From Candidatus Kaiserbacteria bacterium RIFCSPHIGHO2_02_FULL_49_34 (lineage in GTDB: Bacteria > Patescibacteriota > Minisyncoccia > Phycocordibacterales > UBA918), in NCBI GenBank assembly GCA_001781205.1, contig MFLE01000017.1, forward strand, positions 1-59,040: a stretch of 59,040 nucleotides of DNA, given 5' to 3'. A program made the translations under genes and the position numbers. Shown piece by piece: positions 25,284 through 32,939 of the stretch (the first letter of the stretch is position 1; the number at the start of each line of letters is the position of its first letter). Under the pieces are notes generated by a model. The model saw only the letters and a program-made list of their open reading frames with translations. It was not told the origin of the DNA and made no database searches.

Positions 25284-26177
25284 TTACGCGTTGTGAATAA
25301 CTCGCTGCGGGAATGGAATCTTAATACCTTCTTTATCAAACGCTTGTTTGAGGCGTTTACGAAGTTCTCCTTTAAGAACAAACTGGTCTCCCGGTTCTGT
25401 TTCGCCAAGGACCCGGATGACCATTGCGGAGTCGGCAAATTCATGAATACGAAGATATTTTGGCTCTGACTTGAAGAGTCCGCTCCAGAGGGGGTCAGCA
25501 GCAAGCTCTTTACCCACCTCATTCACCACGCGCTCGACGTGGTCAAGATCAGTATCATATGCTATCGATACATCAACCATAATGCGTGAGAATTCTTGCG
25601 ATTTATTGGCAACGCGAGTGATAGAGCCGTGCGGCACATGATGTACCGCACCCTCGAGGTCGCGGAGCGTTGTTTTACGGAGTGAGACATCCGTTACTTT
25701 TCCACAGGTTTCGTCAAAGCAGACAATGTCACCTACGCGGTATTGATTTTCGAGAATTATAAAAAGACCTGAGATAATATCTCGCACGAGATATTGTGCG
25801 CCAAAGCCGAGGGCGACACCTATAATACCGGTAGCGGTAATAATCGGCGCAATTGACACGCCGAACGCGTGCACAATAAACATGATGGCAACGAGCCAAA
25901 TGATAACATCGCCTGTTGCTCCGATAATCCGAATAAGAGTGTCCTCACGCTGCTTCTCTTCCTTGGCCGTCATGCCTTCATGACGAACTATAACGCGTCG
26001 AATCGCCCGGTCGATAACGGACACAAAAATCATGCGTGCGAGAATCGCAAGCAGCACAATACCAATAATATCAAAAAGATTTTTTTGATAGAATGTAATC
26101 GTGCCAAGCATCATAATCTCCCAAATATTCGCGAGTGTTTGCATATGCATAGTATACGTAGATTTGTGAACACGCAA
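25284..26177 (-). CDS. small-conductance mechanosensitive channel (MscS family)
   Basis: Three N-terminal TMs. The pore helix plus beta-domain reads GVALGFGAQYLVRDIISGLFIILENQYRVGD. Confidence 0.8.
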   Translation of the reverse strand: MRVHKSTYTMHMQTLANIWEIMMLGTITFYQKNLFDIIGIVLLAILARMIFVSVIDRAIRRVIVRHEGMTAKEEKQREDTLIRIIGATGDVIIWLVAIMFIVHAFGVSIAPIITATGIIGVALGFGAQYLVRDIISGLFIILENQYRVGDIVCFDETCGKVTDVSLRKTTLRDLEGAVHHVPHGSITRVANKSQEFSRIMVDVSIAYDTDLDHVERVVNEVGKELAADPLWSGLFKSEPKYLRIHEFADSAMVIRVLGETEPGDQFVLKGELRKRLKQAFDKEGIKIPFPQRVIHNA

Positions 26178-26232
26178 AATTACAACATGAACTTTTTTGC
26201 ACTTTTCTCCATGTCTGGTATGCTACCCAAAC

Positions 26233-26322
26233 GGTGGCGTCGCATAGTGGTCTAGTGCACTACCTTGGAAAGGTAGCAACGGGGCAACTCGTTCGGGAGT
26301 TCGAATCTCCCCGCCTCCGCCA
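26233..26322 (+). tRNA. tRNA-Ser (anticodon GGA), CCA encoded
   Basis: Anticodon stem-loop CTACC-TTGGAAA-GGTAG, long variable arm, T-arm GGGAG-TTCGAAT-CTCCC. One T-T mismatch in the acceptor stem. Confidence 0.8.
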
Positions 26323-26425
26323 GAGTACGCAGCTTACAAGTGAACGAGCGAGAGTCGTGGAAGACGAAACGAAGTGAAGTTTTACATGACCGAGCGAGAG
26401 AAGCTTGTATGATTGAAAATTTGGT

Positions 26426-26501
26426 CCGCCTATAGCTCAGTTGGTAGAGCGCGAAGCTTATACCTTCGTGGTCCCAGGTTCGAGTCCTGGTGGGCGGACC
26501 A
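26426..26501 (+). tRNA. tRNA-Ile (anticodon UAU), CCA encoded
   Basis: Acceptor CCGCCTA/TGGGCGG, D-arm GCTCAGTTGGTAGAGC, anticodon stem-loop CGAAG-CTTATAC-CTTCG, T-arm CCAGG-TTCGAGT-CCTGG. Confidence 0.8.
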
Positions 26502-26514
26502 AATCTTTAATCAT

Positions 26515-26555
26515 ATACCTCTGATGTCCATGGTTCGAGTCCATGAGGGCGGACA
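26515..26555 (+). pseudogene. tRNA 3-prime-half fragment (Ile-like), no matching 5-prime half
   Basis: ATACCTCTGATGTCCATGGTTCGAGTCCATGAGGGCGGACA parallels the 3-prime half of the preceding tRNA-Ile, and the T-stem is kept by compensatory changes. Confidence 0.5.
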
Positions 26556-26604
26556 AAGTATTGAAGTACGTGAATATATAAAATCGCCTGCTTTCTAGGC
26601 GATT

Positions 26605-27678
26605 TTACTTTGCATATGCGGGTGTCGGAGCGAGTGGCCTGTCGTAGCGGGCAACACCGGCGGGGGTTATTGCGCCGCGAACACGGGCAATGTCTTCGAA
26701 CATAGTATGAGGGCGAGCGACTGATTTTTCAAGATTAATTGCTGGTGTGCTTGCGGCAATCGAAGGAACAGCAGGAATTTGCTTCATCGGAAGCGGGATT
26801 GGTGTTAGCGCCTTTGGAAGCGGCGGGAGTGCGGGAGTAACTGATGTCTGCTGCTGTGGTGCGGCAATGACTGGTTGTACTGAAGCTGCTGGTTGCGGTG
26901 CGGGCACTACTGCTACTGGTGCGGCAGGAATCGCTATTGGTCTTTGGGGTGCAGGTGGAGGTGTTATGGGTGCAGGAACAGGGGTTGGTGCTGCCACAGG
27001 TGCTGGCTCTTGGTACACAGGGGGCTGTTCTGGAATTGGTGCAGGTGCGGGTGTAGGAACAGGCATGGAAGTTTGTGGAGCAGCTGGTTGCGGTACTGAG
27101 GCCGGTACAGGCGGAGGTGTTGGCACGATGTATGGTGCGGCAGGAATCGCTTGCTCGACTGGTTGTAACACAATAGGAGCAGGAGCAGGTATCGATGCAA
27201 CAAGAGGAGCTGGTGTAACGAGTGCAGGTTGCACCGGTACAGCAGGGGCTACCTCTACCGCCGGTGATGAAACTGGCACAGGTGCTGGTTCAGGGGCGGG
27301 TAGCGGAGCTGGCACACTTTCTGGGGGTGTTACCACACCTTCGATTGCACTCTCAGGTGCAATAAGCGACATAACATCTTTCAGGAACACTCCCTTCACC
27401 CAATGCTCAACCGCAAATGCTTGACGCGGTGGCATTTCGAGCTCGGTCATGAGTATGAATGAGAAATCATCTGGCGGTGTAAAACCGAGCATCATGAGCA
27501 TGATTTCGTGTTTGAGATCATCTGTTTGTTCAGGACTTAGTCCTGCACTTGCCGCGAAGCTTTCAATATAAAGTGAACTTGCAGCATCATCAAAAAGCCG
27601 CTTGAGTGCAGGGTCAAGTGTTGTCATGCGTTCTTGTACGAGCGCATCGAGTTCTTCATCGCCGGTATACGGATCCAT
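26605..27678 (-). CDS. hypothetical protein, folded N-domain plus long Pro/Ala/Val-rich tail
   Basis: Start taken at MDPYTGDEELD. About 110 aa are ordinary sequence, followed by about 240 aa of PAP/PVP low complexity. Confidence 0.6.
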   Translation of the reverse strand: MDPYTGDEELDALVQERMTTLDPALKRLFDDAASSLYIESFAASAGLSPEQTDDLKHEIMLMMLGFTPPDDFSFILMTELEMPPRQAFAVEHWVKGVFLKDVMSLIAPESAIEGVVTPPESVPAPLPAPEPAPVPVSSPAVEVAPAVPVQPALVTPAPLVASIPAPAPIVLQPVEQAIPAAPYIVPTPPPVPASVPQPAAPQTSMPVPTPAPAPIPEQPPVYQEPAPVAAPTPVPAPITPPPAPQRPIAIPAAPVAVVPAPQPAASVQPVIAAPQQQTSVTPALPPLPKALTPIPLPMKQIPAVPSIAASTPAINLEKSVARPHTMFEDIARVRGAITPAGVARYDRPLAPTPAYAK

Positions 27679-27756
27679 ACAACTTCTCGTGCAGTATACC
27701 ACCACTTCACGAAATTTTTTTAGATGGTTTCTTGCGCTTCATGATATACTTGCGAC

Positions 27757-30700
27757 ATGAACGACAAGTTTCGAGACTACCCTGCAAAGAGAGGTGAGCG
27801 GCGCGGTTTAGACCTGGACGATACCGCATCGTATTCTTCTGATATGACGCCGAAGTATACAAAACCAAGGAAGTCCTCTGTTGATACCTCCCCTCTTCCT
27901 TCCCCGCAGGAAGCCTCTCCTGCCGTACCTCCTGTAACCCCGGCGACTGCTCCACTAAGTATTGATGAGCGTGCTGCTTGGATATCTCGACTCGACCAAC
28001 CAGCCCCTGAAGAAGACACTACTGTACCTGATGAAATTCAGGATACCAGCGAACTTGATGCGCAGCATAAAAAGTGGCAAAAAACACTTGACGCAAGAAA
28101 CAAGCAGGCAAACAAAAACTATCAAGAAGATGCTGTCACATCTACCTTTGAAGCAACACCATTATCTGAAGCGACCGAGGTTATTGCGCAGGAACCTACG
28201 GATACTTCGCAAGGTAATCCAGACGATTCAAATACAGAAAACTCAGCAACCATCGAACTACGCGAAGAAATTACCCCAAAACCAATTCCTGAAGTTACTC
28301 CAGACACCGGTACTGTCTCCGAACAAGAAATAGAGTCTCCTTCTGAAGAAGATAGAGAACCACTCACTCCTCAATCAGAAACCACTACACTCGAAACAGA
28401 AAGCTCAATCGCGCCAACGCGTAGCGAAGAAAAACCAGTCGAGGAGACGGCGCCGCAAGCTAAGCAAGAAGAGCCAGCATCTCCCGAACCTCATCCGTCT
28501 GCGCCAGTGCACGAGCTCGCGCAAGACGTTGCTGATAGTTTTACAAAACACTTCTCGCTCGATAAGAAAGCCCTCGAGGAAACGCCAGGCTTTCAAAATC
28601 TCACTGAAGCACAGCAGCGTTTAGTGCTTGAACGATTTGCATCACTTGTGCGGGAGAATATCCACACAAAAGCAGTCAGGGAACATCTTGAAACCGTCGA
28701 TACAGCGAAGCGTGTGCCTGCTACGACACGCTTTGGAAAACTCAAACGTGCGGTACGCACAGGCTGGCACACCACAACGCGCAGTTACCAAATTGGAAAA
28801 CAAGAAGCGGCACTCCACGAAAAATGGATGAGTAGCGAAGGTGGTAAAGAAACAGAAAAACTTCGCTTACTTGCTGAACTTTCTCAAACAGTCCTTGAAA
28901 CGAACGCCTTTGGAGTTGACGCACGAGGTCATACGAACTTCACCGAGAACGAAGGCTCGCTCAAGAATGCATCTGAACTTCTGAATGTTCTCATCAGAAC
29001 AAAACCATCGCTAGGAGAAAAGGGTGCGCAGGAGCGCCTCGCGAAACTCAACGAAACTATTGCACTCGGCATCGACAGCATGCGTATGTCGCTTCCTGAA
29101 AAGATGAGCCCTGAAGACGAACGTGAGTTTGAAAAAATGGCTGCTGACTGGGCACTGCGAGCACGAAAAGAGGTGGTGCTTGGTACCTTTCTAGAGAAGA
29201 ATCGTAGCCTCGAGGAAACATTACAGAGTAATGAAGCTGCTCGCGGCTTTGCTCATTCTACCCTTTTGGAACGAGGTGGACTTGTGGCTACAGGCCTTGT
29301 GGGACGCGGTGTCCTCGGCACTCTATGTGGCTTCATTGCAGCACCAATTGTTGGTGCGGGCATTGGTGGATTCATGGGGTGGCGTCGCAAAGGTATTGCA
29401 CAGAGTGATACTGACCTCCTCGCACGCATGGGTGAGAAAATTCCAACCACAGATACCTCGTCACGAAAATCAGACATAAGCCCTGCGCACCTACAGGTAC
29501 TCCGTAAGGGCGTTGCAGAACGTCTTGCAAAAGCGAAAACAGTCGAGGAAAAACGTGTACTTAATCGACGTCTTGCGGAATACGACACACAACTCCGAAC
29601 ACACGACTTACCAAAGGTAGGAGCGATACCATCAGAAAGTGCCTTCGGTTTTGATAATGGGAACGTTCTCAATGAAAAACTCCTCCGTCTTGCAAAGGAG
29701 TACGCACAGGCAGCTGAGGAACTTCAATCGCTCTCACAGAGTGATGTAGACCTCGACCTTCTTGAAGCAAAGCGCGTGCAAACAGAAAAGCTTGCCGACA
29801 GACTTGCTGCACGTACCGACTACACCCAAAAGCGCCTTATGCAGCAGCGTGTTGATATCGGTGGCACCCCCGCCACTCGTGCGGGTATGCTTGCAAACCT
29901 TGCTGCTGCACTCGGTACTGCAGAAACGACCCTTTCCATGAACGACAAATCACAGCAGGTAAAAATACAGGCGCACCTGAATGATGTATCTGCAGTACTT
30001 GCTGGTCGTGATAAAAACGTGGACAAGGCTCGCCTTCGCGATAAAAAGCGGGCTGCGCTTGAAGGGGCTGCGCTTGGTGCAGGATTCGCCGTCGCTGGTG
30101 CCGCACTTGCGGATATATTCCAAAATGACAGTGCAATCAAAGGACGACTTCACGGAGTATTCCCAACATCTGAAACCTCTCCGAATGCACCACTACTTCC
30201 AATCCAAAAAGACGAGGCTGCTTTCGAGGCACTTATCGAGAAACATTCCACCTCTGTTCCGGAAATCCCTATCGTGCCGGTACAACCAATCGTTACCGAA
30301 ACGGTCGTCGGTGGAGCTGGTGGCAAGCAGATTTTGATTGAAGACTGGAATAAAACCCCCACAGCAGAACCAGTGCAGTCATTCACTGAGCGTCGCGTCG
30401 CTGTAGAAGAAGCACTTCGTCAAAAACCAGTACCTAGGCCTACCTCGTACAACATTCCAAACTGGGAGGCGAACTATAATTCGCCCGCAGTGCCGCGTCA
30501 CTTCCCCGAATCATGGGCGCGGGGTACGGAAGCGTTGCAAGGTGGGCACCGGGCCGATGTTGAGTCATTCTTCAGGGCACCTACTGCACCGAACCCAGTA
30601 ACGCTTGAAACACTTGCAACAGTCGCACACGAAACTCCTGCTGATGCACAGCGTGTGATGGATTTCTATCAGCGTGCAACCGAGGGTAAATCATCCGCGT

Positions 30701-31011
30701 TCGCTCAGCATATTCGCGAGGAGTATACGCTCAAAGCACGTCTTGCATTGAAGTATCCCGAACTCACAGCAGATATCGCACGTATGCATCCGCCAGTCGA
30801 CGATGCCACTATGCAGTCGCTGGTCAAGATGACAAAAGGTGCCTACCTCAATGGGAAATCAAACCCCTTCATGTACGCGCAGAGCGGTGTTACGAATGTA
30901 CCGCAAAATCAAGGCGCCATCGCTCGTATGTCAAATGAACTTGACCGTATGAAGGTTACTTTCCACCGCGATGCGCAAGGGAAAATTGCCGGCTACGATG
31001 TTACAAAATAA
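27757..31011 (+). CDS. large hypothetical membrane protein (1084 aa)
   Basis: Acidic Pro/Glu/Thr-rich N-terminus of about 270 aa. Gly-rich hydrophobic segments (GGLVATGLVGRGVLGTLCGFIAAPIVGAGIGGFMGW; GAALGAGFAVAGAALADI), coiled-coil-like stretches. No family recognised. Confidence 0.65.
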   Translation: MNDKFRDYPAKRGERRGLDLDDTASYSSDMTPKYTKPRKSSVDTSPLPSPQEASPAVPPVTPATAPLSIDERAAWISRLDQPAPEEDTTVPDEIQDTSELDAQHKKWQKTLDARNKQANKNYQEDAVTSTFEATPLSEATEVIAQEPTDTSQGNPDDSNTENSATIELREEITPKPIPEVTPDTGTVSEQEIESPSEEDREPLTPQSETTTLETESSIAPTRSEEKPVEETAPQAKQEEPASPEPHPSAPVHELAQDVADSFTKHFSLDKKALEETPGFQNLTEAQQRLVLERFASLVRENIHTKAVREHLETVDTAKRVPATTRFGKLKRAVRTGWHTTTRSYQIGKQEAALHEKWMSSEGGKETEKLRLLAELSQTVLETNAFGVDARGHTNFTENEGSLKNASELLNVLIRTKPSLGEKGAQERLAKLNETIALGIDSMRMSLPEKMSPEDEREFEKMAADWALRARKEVVLGTFLEKNRSLEETLQSNEAARGFAHSTLLERGGLVATGLVGRGVLGTLCGFIAAPIVGAGIGGFMGWRRKGIAQSDTDLLARMGEKIPTTDTSSRKSDISPAHLQVLRKGVAERLAKAKTVEEKRVLNRRLAEYDTQLRTHDLPKVGAIPSESAFGFDNGNVLNEKLLRLAKEYAQAAEELQSLSQSDVDLDLLEAKRVQTEKLADRLAARTDYTQKRLMQQRVDIGGTPATRAGMLANLAAALGTAETTLSMNDKSQQVKIQAHLNDVSAVLAGRDKNVDKARLRDKKRAALEGAALGAGFAVAGAALADIFQNDSAIKGRLHGVFPTSETSPNAPLLPIQKDEAAFEALIEKHSTSVPEIPIVPVQPIVTETVVGGAGGKQILIEDWNKTPTAEPVQSFTERRVAVEEALRQKPVPRPTSYNIPNWEANYNSPAVPRHFPESWARGTEALQGGHRADVESFFRAPTAPNPVTLETLATVAHETPADAQRVMDFYQRATEGKSSAFAQHIREEYTLKARLALKYPELTADIARMHPPVDDATMQSLVKMTKGAYLNGKSNPFMYAQSGVTNVPQNQGAIARMSNELDRMKVTFHRDAQGKIAGYDVTK

Positions 31012-31070
31012 CACACAACATGCACCCCGCTCTGGTTGCATGTTTTTGTTTTCACCTGTACTGTGCGGGT

Positions 31071-32081
31071 ATGGAATTAAGTCTTGAAGAAATTGCGCGA
31101 CAGAATGTTTCTCATATCGTAACGCAGGCACTACAACACACTTCTGCACAAAAGGCGGTTATTATTTTTGATACGCAGTTTGGTTTAACGCGGATGGTGG
31201 CTAATGCGTATCGAGTAATGCTTCCTGATGCTGTGCGCATTGATTTTGATATGTCTTCAAAAGAAGAAATTCTTGCGGCGTTTGACTTACTTTCTCCGGG
31301 CGATTTGGTTATTATGGTGCAATCAACGAATTTTCGATTGAATGATTTTCGTATTCGTTTGCATTTGTTCGCAAAGAAATTGAAAGTTATTGAGCATGCG
31401 CGACTTGCGCGGAACACTGAAGAGACTTGGGCGACCTATATTCATGCCCTTGCATACGACCAAACGTGGTATCACGAGACAGGTCATGGACTAAAGAATA
31501 TTCTTGATAGCGCGCAAGAGCTTCGATATGAATCAGGTGATGCAGTACTTGTGGTCAAGGACGGACTCGAAGCTGCAAGTTTGAATATCGGCGATTATAC
31601 CGGTATGGAAAATGTTGGTGGCTCCTTCCCTATTGGCGAAGTATTTACTGAGGCAAAAGACCTGACAAAACTCAATGGTTCTGTGTATATCGACATTTTT
31701 GCCGATACGAACTTTGAAATCGAAAAACACGAGCCATTTCGTGTTGATATTGCTGAGGGGCTCATTGTTGGATACGGAGAAAACACACCGCAGCTTTTTA
31801 AAGACATTATCGAGAAAATTAAGGAGGAAGAACGTCCAATTATCCGTGAACTTGGTTTTGGACTCAATCGTGCGATTACGCGAGAGAATTTTTTGAATGA
31901 CATCACTGCGTTTGAGCGTAATCTTGGTATGCATTTTTCAATTGGTGAGAAGCATAGCATCTATAAAAAGCCGGGGATTAAGGCATATAAGGCAAGGTAT
32001 CATATTGATGTGTTCCCTGTAATTGATCGCGTACTTGCCGATGGTGTGGTGATTTTTGAGGATGGAAGGCATATGCTCTAG
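31071..32081 (+). CDS. aminopeptidase-like protein (M29/AmpS-like, tentative)
   Basis: Start taken at MELSLEEIA. GGSFPIGEVFTEA resembles the M29 motif around the metal site. The assignment is tentative. Confidence 0.45.
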   Translation: MELSLEEIARQNVSHIVTQALQHTSAQKAVIIFDTQFGLTRMVANAYRVMLPDAVRIDFDMSSKEEILAAFDLLSPGDLVIMVQSTNFRLNDFRIRLHLFAKKLKVIEHARLARNTEETWATYIHALAYDQTWYHETGHGLKNILDSAQELRYESGDAVLVVKDGLEAASLNIGDYTGMENVGGSFPIGEVFTEAKDLTKLNGSVYIDIFADTNFEIEKHEPFRVDIAEGLIVGYGENTPQLFKDIIEKIKEEERPIIRELGFGLNRAITRENFLNDITAFERNLGMHFSIGEKHSIYKKPGIKAYKARYHIDVFPVIDRVLADGVVIFEDGRHML

Positions 32082-32082
32082 C

Positions 32083-32205
32083 TCTGGATCCCGCCAGGAT
32101 GACAAATGTTGGGTACGCTGTTTAAAATTAACAAATGGTTAAAATCGATTTTAATCATTACTTAATTTGTAGGCATATACCCTCATTTTGTCATCCTGGC
32201 GGGAT
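32083..32205. mobile_element. MITE-like inverted-repeat element, copy 1
   Basis: 19-bp perfect terminal inverted repeat atcccgccaggatgacaaa / tttgtcatcctggcgggat around the central sequence ggttaaaatcgattttaa. A partial extra arm (ctggatgttaaaatcgg) lies at 32222-32238. Confidence 0.6.
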
Positions 32206-32300
32206 AATGTTTTAAATTATTCTGGATGTTAAAATCGGACAATCTGTCTTATAGGATTAGTGCGTGACATCTGTCACTTTTATGGTATGGTGCTGGTACT

Positions 32301-32867
32301 ATGAAGAAGGTAAAATTTATTAAGGGTATCACGGGGTCAAATGAGGTTCTTGCGGATGCGATTCCGCAGGTGGCTTTTGTTGGGCGGAGTAATGCGGGGA
32401 AAAGTTCTACAATTAATGCACTGATGAACGAAATCGTCGCAAGGGTTTCTAAAACACCAGGACGCACAAAGGAGATCAATTTCTTTTTGATGCATGGCGA
32501 AAAATACATTGTTGACCTTCCTGGATTTGGCTATGCTCGCACCTCGGTGACTATGGCGGAGAAAATCCGTGGATATATTTTATGGTATCTCACCTCGCCT
32601 GAAGTTCGCCCCAATCTTCAGCATCTTCTCCTTATTATCGACGGTAGTGTCGGCATGACTAAGTTCGACCGCGAACTTATCGAGATTGCGTACGAAGAGA
32701 AGCTCCCGCTCATTGTTGTCCACAATAAGATGGACAAACTGAATCAATCAGACACCATCAAAGCACAACGTGCGTTCAAACAGGAATTCCCTAGACAGGA
32801 ATACTTTATGGTTTCATCACGGACTAAGCGCGGCATTGATGCGCTTCGTACTCGAATTGGATTATAA
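32301..32867 (+). CDS. engB: ribosome biogenesis GTPase YsxC/EngB
   Basis: G1 GRSNAGKSS, G3 DLPGFGY and G4 NKMD, with a size typical of EngB. Confidence 0.85.
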   Translation: MKKVKFIKGITGSNEVLADAIPQVAFVGRSNAGKSSTINALMNEIVARVSKTPGRTKEINFFLMHGEKYIVDLPGFGYARTSVTMAEKIRGYILWYLTSPEVRPNLQHLLLIIDGSVGMTKFDRELIEIAYEEKLPLIVVHNKMDKLNQSDTIKAQRAFKQEFPRQEYFMVSSRTKRGIDALRTRIGL

Positions 32868-32874
32868 CCATCAA

Positions 32875-32902
32875 AAAATACGACCGTGGTCGTATTTTTT
32901 AT
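32875..32902. terminator. intrinsic terminator
   Basis: aaaaaatacgaccgtggtcgtatttttt. Confidence 0.75.
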
Positions 32903-32939
32903 CTTTCAAACGAGTGAGTGTCGTAGCCAAGCGTCATAA

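Noticed and set aside
26323-26425. Spacer between tRNA-Ser and tRNA-Ile with the direct repeat ga(a/c)cgagcgagag, as a possible member of the hairpin families
   Set aside because: It shows only loose resemblance (gagtcgt, gaagtgaag) to the GTGAGTG-core family and has weak pairing. That is not enough to call it a copy.
26747-27424. 225-aa Gly/Ala-rich plus-strand ORF, plus smaller ORFs at 26893-27203
   Set aside because: They are antisense shadows of the Pro/Ala/Val-rich coding repeat of the minus-strand gene 26605-27678. There is no start context.
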